Below are positions 12,285 through 24,455 of a stretch of DNA of 64,000 nucleotides, in pieces. Each line of letters opens with the position of its first letter. The first letter of the stretch is position 1. This DNA comes from Eledone cirrhosa. Lineage: Eukaryota. A program made the position numbers and the translations under genes. The stretch covers positions 65,658,001-65,722,000 of the forward strand of contig OZ024740.1 in assembly GCA_964016885.1 (NCBI GenBank), read 5' to 3'. The notes beneath the pieces were generated by a model, which did no database searches, was not told the origin of the DNA, and worked only from the letters and a program-made list of their open reading frames with translations.

Positions 12285-13191
12285 TCACTCACTCACTCTC
12301 TGCTACTCATCCTCTCTCACTTACTGCCGTCTGACCTGCGTGAAATATTCTTTCCTCTCATTTGTCTCGTGGCTCAGACGCGTCTGTTTCTTCTCGTGAT
12401 TTGATTTGTCGGACGTAAGACCACAAGATTCATTGACTTGTCTATCTTTTCCTCTCTTTACGTTGCATTACTACCGTGTTGTTTGTTTCCTTTCCTCTGA
12501 TTTCCTCTGTCCCGATAACTTAATTTAGTTATTCGCTCGCACTGATTTTAGGTATCTAGTTTTTAATGCGAAGAAATAGCAATGATAATCAGCAGGCTAC
12601 TGATGACGGATATTCTTGTTCCTCGGTCTATTTTTATTCATATGTTCATATTCGCAACAACGCAGCACGCCATTTTTCATTCACATCTATTTTTCCCTTC
12701 GCTGTGGTTCGTATTTTTTCTGTCACCTTAGTGCTATCCTCTTTCTCTCTCCTCCTTCTCTCTCCTTCACCTCTTGCTTTCCTCCACTCCTGCTGCTGGT
12801 CACTCACTCACGGCTGGCCCCTTCCTCACATTTTCGATCACTCACTCTCTGCTACTCCTCCTCTCTCACTTCCTTCCGTCTGACCTGCGTGAAATATTCT
12901 TTCCTCTCTCACTTTTCTCATCGCTCGGACGCGTCTGTTTCTTCTCGTCATTTGATTTGTCGGACTTAAGCCCACAAGATTCATTGACTTGTCTCTCTTT
13001 TCTTCTCTTTACGTTGCATTACTACCGTGTTGTTTGTTTCTTTCCTCTGTTTTCCTATGTCCCGATAACTTAATTTAGTTATCGCTCGCACTGATTTTGG
13101 GTATCTAGTCTTTAATGCGAAGAAATACCAATGATAATCAGCAGGCTACTGATGACGGACATTCTTGTTTCTCGGTCTATTTTTATTCATA
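12285..13191 (+). repeat. ~355-bp direct repeat pair (12285-12641 and 12838-13191), probably PLE pseudo-LTRs
   Basis: Near-identical units with a period of about 550 bp, ending at (TA)n(TG)n; each contains CTGATGA near its 3' end. Confidence 0.75.
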
Positions 13192-13193
13192 GG

Positions 13194-13325
<132 letters not shown>

Positions 13326-13550
13326 ATAAATTTCAAGTAAAATTTCAAGTCTACATATTTTGGCATCCGATAGGAATTAGCAAAATAATTGTGCCACTTT
13401 TTATTGCTGAATTTTATGTAGAATAATGTTTCTCCTGTAAATATACAACTCATGAAATGACAGAAGAAAATCATCTGTCTCTCAAATACGTTTGATTATA
13501 ACAGATTCATTTATTTCATGATTTTCTAACATCTAAACTCACCATTATTG

Positions 13551-13739
13551 GATTGGCAGTATCGGTAGAGGCTCGGACGGTATGCTCTGACGCATAACAG
13601 AGTTACGGCCCTTGCCATTCTGAGTTCGAATCCCGCCGAGGTTAACTTTGCCTTTCAACCTAACGGTGTCGATAAAAGAAAGTACCAGTAAAACACTGTG
13701 TAATTGCTGGCCTTGTGCCAAAAAGTAGAACCAATTATT
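13551..13739 (+). mobile_element. tRNA-derived SINE copy
   Basis: Colinear with 759-949; B-box GAGTTCGAATCC. Confidence 0.85.
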
Positions 13740-15447
13740 GTATTTACTCGAATGCATTGAGTAACTTAAAAATAATGAAAAGGGCTTTCCAGTGATGCAC
13801 TTGATTCTTTCAATTAGTATATATCGATTTTCATATAGAATGGAAACATTCTCCAGCAAATTGCTTTGTTTACTTATAATTAATGCTCTTTATGATATAC
13901 GCACTATTCTAGGGAGCTATATTGGCACTGTGGAATTCTTGTGAGATTAATGAGCTTGACAGACAAGAATTGTTTATGGGAAAACGCAATATGCAATACA
14001 ACTGCACCTTACCACCTAGGAATTTCAGTACGTATTCGGGAAGAATTCTCAGAGTAATACTTCATCACATGAATAATGGAATACGACAATAGCTTTACAA
14101 AAGCTTTGCTCCATCGGATGGCAATAATAATTTAAATAAACCTTAATTTTATCATACTGCACTACTGAAGCCCTACATTTCATATATTATTATAGGATAG
14201 TCAGGGTTTGGGAAAAATGCTTTTTATTTGAAATCAAATGAAGTGTTTGTTTCTAGGCTACACTCTAAAGTAGCTTCTACAGCATTCACATTTTAACTCA
14301 GCTTAATGTTTTTTTGCCACATATCATTGTATCATTTAATTAAGTAAAAGAGCGAGTTAGACATCAATGTACAAGTCATGAGCTGTAGACTTTCCACTGA
14401 TAAACTTATCGACAAAGCATCCATATTCAATTGGATAATTAAATACATTAATGAACTATCTTATGGATAAATCCCGATCAAGCAACTTAAAAACATTTTT
14501 TACAGAATTTGATAGGCTTAGCGTGGCGCAGTGGCCTAGGCAGCAGTCTAAATGACTGAAATCAGTAATATCATAGTAAAAGAAAAAGACTAACTCACTG
14601 CGTAGTACTAAATATTTCAAAGAAAGCATTTATTTATATGCAGACAAAATGTCGTCGTGTCCTTTATTACCACTATCAAATACGATTTTTTTTTTCGTTA
14701 ACGAAATTCTTTTGGAAGCCAGTTGGTCAAACCAGCATTGTGAAATTTAAGAAAATATCATGCAGATCTTGTAGGTTTTGACTTAAAATCCGCTGCAGGC
14801 CTTGTCCTGCATTGTGTACAAGTGTTGGATTACTTATAATACGTTTTCTACAAAATAAAGATAAAAGTTATTTGTTCTCTAGTTCACACCTGAAAAGTGA
14901 TGCTAAACTGAGCTCAGCATATGTCTCTCCCTGTTGAAAAGACACTTAAATCTTCAACACAATGAGAAATGCTTCTTTCCTGCCAAAATTAATCTGTTTT
15001 ATTGAATCACTGTAAATTAACATGATGCATAAATTAATGAAATGTCTATAAGAATAGGTTGGCTTCTCAGCATACATTGGTGAAATCTGCCAAGATCTTA
15101 TATAAATACCAGTTCAGGCTATAGGTAAACAATAAATCATGCTGAATTAAATCTAAATTCTATTAATCCAAATCTAGCAATAAAATAGTGCTTACGCAAG
15201 CGAACTTCATCTTGATAGGCAATTATGAATATTGATATTCATCAAAACGCACATATATCAGCAACTTCATAATTAACTTTAAATAACTGCAATGATGCAT
15301 GCAAGAAATAGAATTCCGTGTAATTGCACATTTCAAATCCTTATTAATAACAAGATCATGAAATCTAGATTAGCAAGTTGGAGTTAATCGCAATTAAAGC
15401 TACAATGTGGTGGTGACCGTCGTGGTGTTAGTATTAGAAGTAGTAGT

Positions 15448-15509
<62 letters not shown>

Positions 15510-15510
15510 T
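15448..15510. repeat. (TAC)n microsatellite
   Basis: Direct reading. Confidence 0.95.
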
Positions 15511-16312
15511 ACTATCTATTTTCCTACACTATCTGTTTTATCATCACATAATGTTGGAAATATACAGTTCCGATATGGTGTGATGTTAAAACAGATAGTG
15601 TTCAAATTTGCACCATTGATTAATTATTGGCAATAATAGAGTTAGCTAAAATTGAAGGAGATTATCAAATGTAGGGATAAGAAAATATAACAATGTCACA
15701 TATACAGATACTGGGGATATGTAGTGGTTTATTCCTAGGTCTAGTAACTATCTTAGTGAAGTCTGAGACTATCCTAACTTTATAATATTCAGTGCACATC
15801 TTGGACTACTATATCCAGTGGGGTTTTGTCGTTTTTGACGGTGTAGCTTTCGAACTTAGCTTCATTTAGCAGCAATTTCTATTTGGTGCATTGATTTAGT
15901 GAATGTCATCGAGTTAGCTAGAATAGGTGATATGAAAGCATGGTTAACTGCAAAAGTGAGACTGATGATAATTCCCAATGCAGGAAAGAAGGATGCAATC
16001 CCTGCATTGGTTCCTTGAATATATAAGAAGAAACCAAAAGAATGAATACATAAACGGAATATTTTTGTAGATTTTAGTTGATGTTTATAAATTTAGTATT
16101 AGATTCGCAGGTTACTATAATTTATGTATTATGTCTTTTTCATTTCTTCCCATATATTATTTGTTTTTCTTATGTATTATTTCATTATACTGAACTTATT
16201 CATACCTCATAGGGATTAACTCACCAATATCAATACCTGAACGCTACGAAGTGCGTTCAGAACCTCCATTCCGAGCATGCAATAACGATATTTATTTATA
16301 TATAGCATATAC

Positions 16313-16364
<52 letters not shown>

Positions 16365-16503
16365 ATAAAATATATAACGTTATTGCATGCTTGGAAGTTC
16401 TGTACGTACTTCGTATATATATATATACATATGCATTTATATATATATACATGTATATATGTATGTAATTATGTATGTGCGTTTTCTTGTCTGCGTCTGT
16501 TTG

Positions 16504-16549
<46 letters not shown>

Positions 16550-17273
16550 CGTGCGTGTGTATATATATATATGTGTGTGCATATATTGATATGTTGTCTT
16601 ATGGAAGAGTATTATGTGTGCGTGAGGAAATAATAACAAAAGATAACAAAACAATTCCTTGCAGAAAGCCATGTCTCATTCTTTTCTCTTTACAGAGCTG
16701 AAAGAATGAAATCATTGGAAATTATTAAATGCTTCCTAAAGAAATTTCAAATTGTCCATAATGTGAAGTATCATTTATCATATAACGTCCATATACAAGT
16801 AATACTTTAAGCTTCATGAGAATCTATTGATGAATATGTTGGCAGCATGACACGTTGAATATATTTAGTCTTTTCATTTTTACTGTCGACTCGGATATAG
16901 TGACTAATATGTATAGGGTAGCGGATATTTGATCAATGTCTCCATAAGATAAATGATTACAGTATCTATAAAGTATGTTTTACTACTAAGGCGCAGGCAT
17001 GACAAGTTCTTATGACAAAAGGTCACGTTAAATAGATGAGTACTTTCTAAAACGTTAATAGCCGAAAATATAACCACCTATATTTAAGGGACTGTGAAAT
17101 CATCTCTCGATCTCTGTTTCTCTTTCTATATCTATGTCAATCTATCTGTCTGTCTGTCACTCTTTCTCCCTGTCTCTATCACTCTCAATATATATATATA
17201 TATATATAGTGGTAGAACATTGGAAGGTAATATCCGTAGTGGTAGAGCACTCAGTCCATGGGACGAGTTAGGT

Positions 17274-17404
17274 AGAAGTGGTTACACAACAGTTAGTTCA
17301 CCATACCGAGAACAATTGTTTAACCTTAGCGGATTACGAGCTGAGGATCCGCTAAGGTGAAACAATTGTTCTCAGTATGGTGAACTAACTGTTGTGTAGC
17401 GACT

Positions 17405-17407
<3 letters not shown>
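17274..17407. repeat. ~60-bp-arm palindrome (foldback) between (TA)n tracts
   Basis: 17274-17334 is the reverse complement of 17347-17407, with a 12-nt spacer. Confidence 0.9.
17338..17373 (+). ncRNA. Minimal type-I hammerhead ribozyme
   Basis: GAG CTGAGGA T-CC gctaa GG-T GAAA CAATTG TT CTC; stem III is the palindrome ACAATTGT. Confidence 0.7.
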
Positions 17408-17460
<53 letters not shown>

Positions 17461-18075
17461 AGTGGAAGCTTAGTAAAATCGAAGCTTTGGCTGTGGCCAA
17501 GCTAACGACCTACAATTAGGAATAAGCAGCAAAGCACTCGAAAGGGTTATAGGCCTTATAGTAATAACATACGTTTAGACAGCTTGACAAATTGAATTTT
17601 GCGTCAGGCAAACCTAGCCACACAATACCAAAACAACGAAAAAACTAATCAGGTTACACAACTGACCTGGACAAATCGAACGAAATATTTCAATACGTCC
17701 GATATGTTTCTATGAAAAATCGATCATCATTAATCCGACTTACGTAATATGTAAGCTTGTGGTATTTTATGATCGAACAGCGGATATCACGTCGTCAACA
17801 GGAATTTCGTTCTATGCCTCCAGCCGGTGCGGGATGCAACGCCAAACTGCTACCATTGGCAGCGTTCAGTATTTCACTGTCACGTGTTATTTCCAACAAG
17901 GGAAGTAACCCCCGGTTTTTGACGGGCCAATTCATAGTGTGAAGAAAGGAAATAAATTCCGTTCCATATTCCAAATGAAAAGCTCTCGACCAGACTTTAT
18001 TAAACAAACTTAAATAATTAACCTATCAATGAAATTGTCTAATTAAATTAATTAATTAATGTATAGGTCTACGAG

Positions 18076-18240
<165 letters not shown>

Positions 18241-19171
18241 AAGGTAAGAAGACGCACGAGGTGGCGGAAGGTCATGAAATCGCTCCCGTAAGTTTTGAAT
18301 TTTTAACATATTTAAATCATTTGTGAAATAATAACTCTTAGTACAAATGCTACGTAAAGCATCCGGCTTGAGCCCCAAAAAATTCGGACCCAAAATATAT
18401 TGTTATAAGGCTCAAATATTCAAATATTCAACTTTGTATTGTACATTGTATATTCAAAAAAGAAAATGGCTATAAATGGAAGAATACCCCCCCCCCCCGT
18501 CCTCTGTCTACACTATATAGAACAGCCAAACAACACCAATCTCACCAACACCAGAAACTAGATACACCACCTACCCCATCACCTCTCTGTGTACACTAAA
18601 CACAACAGCCAGATAACGGCAATTTCACCACCACCACCACTGTCTCAGTATCGATACCGCCGCTACTGTCTCCCACATCTCCTCGCTGGCTGCTGCCACT
18701 ACATTATAGAATTACTATTATAGAATTACTATTATTATTGTCTCAAATTTAAAAAAAATGTTTAATTCCAATTTTACGGGAATATGTCAACACAAAATAT
18801 AATAAAAATATATATTAAACATACGAACACAAACTCATAGATACTACATATTAGTAACCACAACGCCACCGCTGCCACCACCTCACCCCATCCATCATTG
18901 CTACCACTATCCCATCGTCGCCGCCACCACTCCTTCAATGCTACCACCACTATTCCCCTATTAACTTGAGAGAGAAAGGGGAAGGTGGCGGTACCACTAG
19001 ACAAGGGAGAGGCTAGCAAAAGATATAAATAGATTGACAAACGTCAACATCAACAACTATGGGACTGCTGGCTCACCCCTTCCTCACCAACAATATAAAA
19101 AGCCCCGGCACCACCACCGACATAGCCAACAACAATAACAGCCAACCACAACAAAAAGAATATTATATTAT

Positions 19172-19229
19172 TGTAATGCACTGGGAGATTGCTGGCCTTG
19201 TGCCTGGAGTGGAGACAATTATTAATAAT
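19172..19229 (+). mobile_element. SINE 3' fragment
   Basis: GTAATGCACTGGGAGATTGCTGGCCTTGTGCC..GAGACAATTATTAATAAT matches the SINE 3' end. Confidence 0.7.
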
Positions 19230-22200
19230 TTCATTCTTAAGCCACGCAATGCTCACATTAAGGAACCACTCATGATAATAACAATTTAAAAAAACAACAA
19301 AAAGAAAACCCCGTGACCAAGAAATAACGGGATGGCGGCCGGCGGGGAATAGCCGTGTCTCTAGGTGAGAACGACCCCTCTAGTCTTTGTTGACACTCGT
19401 TCTAGAAGTGGTAACACGAAATGATTACCCCTTGGCGGATAAGCATAAAACGCGACAAAATAAAGTAAATGTCTAATGATAAAATCTCATACCGGATCGG
19501 CCGTCACCCGAGTAAAAAAGAGCCGCGTCCCTCAGAGAGGAACCAGACTGGGGTCGAAAAATCAGCTAATGGTTCAAACCTTCCCATCACTTCGGAGCTG
19601 GAGACCTCCCATAACCGGAATACTCCTACTGTTGGCCCTCCATGCTCACCACCAAGAAATCCAAAGAAAAAGGGAGAAAAATGGTCAAGGGAAGATAATA
19701 AAGAAGTCCTTGAGGCTTTCTACACTGCCATGTACTACCCATCAAATACATCGAATACAGAACAGACATATATCAAATGAAAAAAGAAACATCCCGAAAA
19801 CAGAGGCTATATTGACAGTAACAAACTAGCCAATATACGAAGAAATATTGTTAGAAAAAAGTTACTAACTGATATAGAAATTGATCAGATCAAGCTATTA
19901 GCACAAAGTCAGTGAAAGGAAAATGAAACATGTGTCAGTGAAAACGAGGTAAACTGTAACACTTCGAATCCCAGGGTTAGGGCGGAATCAATGGCAACAG
20001 AACAAATTAACGAAAGGATCGAAAAAGTGAAGGGAGTGCATGCTCAGGATGAAACTCCAAATGAAAATAATGAGATCGTAAATGATAAAGAAATGAATGA
20101 GAAAGAACTTGCCAACTTCAAGGATGAAATTATGATCGAATGGATGAAAATGAAAGAAACTGACATGGGGCAACGAGACACCCTCCCTAAGATCCAGAAC
20201 TCCAAACAGAACCAAAAGATAATACACAAGACTAACATAATTCTCAAAAACATTATCATCACAAACAAACTAAACATTGCTGATTTAAATCATCTCTATT
20301 ATGCATCGGCTAAAGTCACCACTCACTTATGTGGAGTGAAGATGAAAAAACAAAGGAATTCCCACAAGAAATCTACTTGGCAAGAGAACATCAATCGCCA
20401 AATAAACCTTCTCTGATCTGACATAGAAATGTTAACAAACTATAAAGTAGGTGAACATGTTAAACAAGCTAAACTTAGAAAATTGAAAAAAAAGTACAGT
20501 ATAAAATCAACATGTGACATAGACATTCTGATAGAAATAATCAAGCAAAAAGTGTCGGCCAAAGCTGCTCGTATAAGGCGCTTTGAAAAACGATCTAGAT
20601 TCTATAAGGACAAAATATGTTCAAAAACAACCAAAGAAACTTCTACAGAAAAATTGGTAAGTCAACAATAACTGCTAAATCAATACCACCCAAGGAGGAA
20701 GTGCAAGAATTCTGGGAAAAGATATGGGCCGAAGAAAAAGTTCATAACATACATACCCCATGGATAGACAGACAAATGAAAGAAACAGCTCACCTTGAAG
20801 AACAAACATGGGAAAATATAACAGTTGAACAGCTGCGCTTGGCTCTAAGAAAAACCAGCAAATGGAAATCCCCAGGAAAAGACAAAATACAAAACTTTTG
20901 GATAAATGCTTTCACAGAGTCTCATGAGCTGTTAGCCCAACTTTACAATGAAATAGTTAAGGAGCCAGAAAAGATACCTTCATGGCTGGTTAACGGCATT
21001 ACATTCCTGCTTCCGAAGAATGATGAGACAAACAATCCCAAAAATTACAGACCGATAACTTGCTTGACCACAATGTATAACATTTTAACATCAGTCCTAA
21101 ATGAATACACATATGACCACCTGATAACAAATGACCTATTTCCCATTGAACAGAAAGGGTGTAAACGAGGCTCATATGGCTGTAAGGATCAGCTTCTGGT
21201 TAACAAAATGATACTGGAAGATTGTCATAATAGACACAAAAATCTATCGATTGCTTGGATAGATTATAAAAAAGCATTCGATAGTTTGCCACACAGTTGG
21301 ATTGGAAATGTTTAGAGATTTTCAAAATATCCCCCGTTGTCAGGAGGTTTTTATCATTAAGTATGAAGACATGGAAAACGACACTCCTTTTGAATAGTGA
21401 AACAAAATCACTGGAAGCTGGAGAAGTTAATATTAATTGTGGAATTTTTCAGGGTGACTCTTTATCACCGCTTTTATTCTGCATCGCACTTATACCATTA
21501 AGTAAAATGCTCAATGAAACAAAACATGGATATAAAGTCTATGACAAAACCATTAATCAACTGTTCTACATGGATGACCTGAAACTATTTGCAAAAAATG
21601 ATGAACAATTGCAAGGGCTATTATCCACTGTGAAGCAGTTCAGTGATGAATTTAAAATGGAGTTTGGACTAGATAAATGCGCCAAAGCAACGTTCACCAG
21701 AGGAAAGCTGCTGAAGAGTTCAGACATTAATCTTGATCGGGGAACGTGATAAGAGAACTTGATCAAGAAAAAACTTACAAATATCTAGGTGTTTGTGAAG
21801 GAGACGGAATCAAGCACTCGACAATGAGGGAAAAGGATAAGGAAGGAATGTTACCGCAGAGTAAGAGCAATCTTAAGAACGGAATTGAATGCAAGGAATA
21901 GGATCGATGCCATAAACACGCTTGCCATACCTGTAGTAACCTACAGTCACAATGTCATCAACTGGTCAAGCACAGAGATCCGTAGGCTCGATACAAAAAT
22001 TCGAAAATTCTTAACCATGCACAGAATGTATCACCCTAAGGCAAATATAGATAGAATATATCTCCCTAGGAAAGAAGGAGGACGTGGGTTAATCCAGTTA
22101 GACAATGCGTTGAAAACTGCAACAATTGGATTATCTACATATATAAGGGAATCACATGATTGGATGATCAAACTCGTTTTGAAACACGAAAGCATCAAAA

Positions 22201-23259
22201 GATCATATTCCATTACAATAGATGCACAAAGATACAGTAATGGACTACAAATTTCAGAAGTCCCATTTACTGCTGAAATGGAAAACACAGAAAAAGCAAA
22301 GCAGTTAAAAGTAACTGCAAAGAAAGAACTGCTACAGAAACTGGCTAAGAAATGGCAAGAAAAGCCTCTGTATGGAAAATACCCAGAGCGAGCTAACAAT
22401 CATGATGTGGACAAAACTTTAACCCATCAGTGGTTGGCATCCTCTGGACTGAAATCGGAGACTGAAGGACTGATTATATCGGCACAATATCAGTGTCTGC
22501 CAACAACAAATTACCAAGCCAACATAATAAAAAATGGGTGCAGCCCATTATGCCGTGTATGCAAAAAACAACCAGAGACCATTGACCATATAATTTCAAT
22601 GTGCAGTCCTATAGCTCCAACCGAATACCTAAATAGGCATGACAGAGCTGCACAATACATACATTGGATAATGTGTAAGCATTTTGACCTGTCCCATCAA
22701 AAGAATTGTTGGGAGCATCAACCACCTCCCATACTTGAAAAAGATCACATCTCAATCTTGTGGAACTTTAGCATCCAAACAGACCGAAAGATAGATGCAA
22801 CAGACCTGATATAATATTGAAAGACTTTCAAAAGAGGGTATGCATGCTAATTTATATGTCTGTTCCAATAGACAAGAATGTATCTATAAAAACATTTGAA
22901 AAATTGAGCAAGTATAAGGACCTGGAGATAGAAATTGGAAAAATGTGGAAATTGAGAACTAAAACAATACATGTGGTTGTAGGCGCTCTGGGAATGATAC
23001 CTAAGGGGTATAATGATTACTTATCGCAAATCCCAGGAAACCCGAGTATAGGAGAAATACAAAAGATAGTACTAATGGGAACTGCCCATATACTAAGGAA
23101 GATTCTGTCAATATAAGTACATCACAAGTCTAAACCCTAAAGATGCATGTGTGAATATGTATGTTCTTTCTTGAACATGGCGGACCTTGTTGTCTCTTGA
23201 GGTCACTGGTTGTGACTTGGTGATAACTCGTATGAACATAAAGCAAGATAAATGCAACT

Positions 23260-23312
<53 letters not shown>
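19230..23312 (+). mobile_element. R4/Dong-like LINE, apparently full length, decayed single ORF (19469-23116), (TAA)n tail
   Basis: KWKSPGKDKIQNFW, NYRPITCLTT, IAWIDYKKAFDSLPH, GIFQGDSLSPLLF, LFYMDDLKLFA, CRVCKKQPETIDHIISMC, RHD, and the RLE region KLSKYKDL..VVVGALG; (TAA)n at 23262-23312. Confidence 0.93.
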
Positions 23313-24455
23313 TGTTGCTGAACAGAAAGAAATGGATATGAAGACTAGGAAGCTATTGACTATCTACAACATGTTCCACAAGAGGAGTGATGTCGATAGA
23401 CTCTACTTAAGGAGATCTGAGGGTGGAAGATGTCTTATCAGCATAGAGGACTATGTTCAGATGGAGAAAAACAACCTACACAAATACGTGACTGATAGTA
23501 AGGAGCCAATGCTCAGAACTGTACTGAAGGAGGTGACAATAGGCCAGGGGATCTCCAAGGAGGAAATAACATAAAGGAGAAAGTGCAGCCTTCAGGCAAA
23601 ATCCCTTCATAGCACCTTCTTTGAGAAAACTGAACTTAGAGATCCACAGAGATGGAACTGGTTGAAAAGAGGAGACCTTAAATAGGCTACAGAAGGAATG
23701 TTAATGGCTGCGCAGGAGCAGGCCCTCAAAACAAAGTGGTTGAAACACCACATTTACAAGGAGGAGGCTAGCCCACTGTGCAGGATCTGTGGAGAGAGAG
23801 AGAGAGGAGACAGTGGCTCACATTGTATCCGAGTGTAAACACCGAGCCCAGATTAATGGCTGGAGACATGATGTGATGGGCAGGGTGATCCACTGGCACC
23901 TATGCAAGGTAAACAATTTACCACATTCTGAGAAGTGGTATGAACATAATCCAGAGGCGGTGATAGAAAACGATCAGGTGAAGGTGCTGTGGGATTTTAG
24001 GATACAGACGGACAAGAAACTGGAACACAATAGACCTGACCTGGTGGTTGTGGACAAAGAACAAAGATCGTGCCTGATTGTGGATGTGGTCTGCCCATTC
24101 GACACGAGAGTGAAAGAGAAGGAGAGGGAGAAAATTAACCGATACCAGGAATTAAAGTGGGAGGTAAAAAGGATTTGGAACTGCCATGAAGTCAAATTGA
24201 TCCCGATTGTCATAGGCGCACTAGGGACTGTTTCAAAAAGTTTCCAGGGATGGTTAAAGAAAATTGGTCCCTCCACGCTTTTTGGAACGCTTCAAAAGGC
24301 ATGCTTGCTGGGAACAGTAAGAACCCTCCGATACGTCCTGAATATCTGAGGCTGCAGGTAGTGGCTTGATATTCATTTCAACAAACTTTCCAGTTAACTA
24401 ACATCAATGCCTGAGACTCAAAGAGTAATAACAATAATAATAATAATAATAATAA
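23313..24455 (+). mobile_element. 5'-truncated R4-like LINE of a second family, (TAA)n tail
   Basis: DVDRLYLRRSEGGR, ETVAHIVSEC, RHD, HNRPDLVVVDK..IVDVVCPFD, PIVIGALG. Confidence 0.9.
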
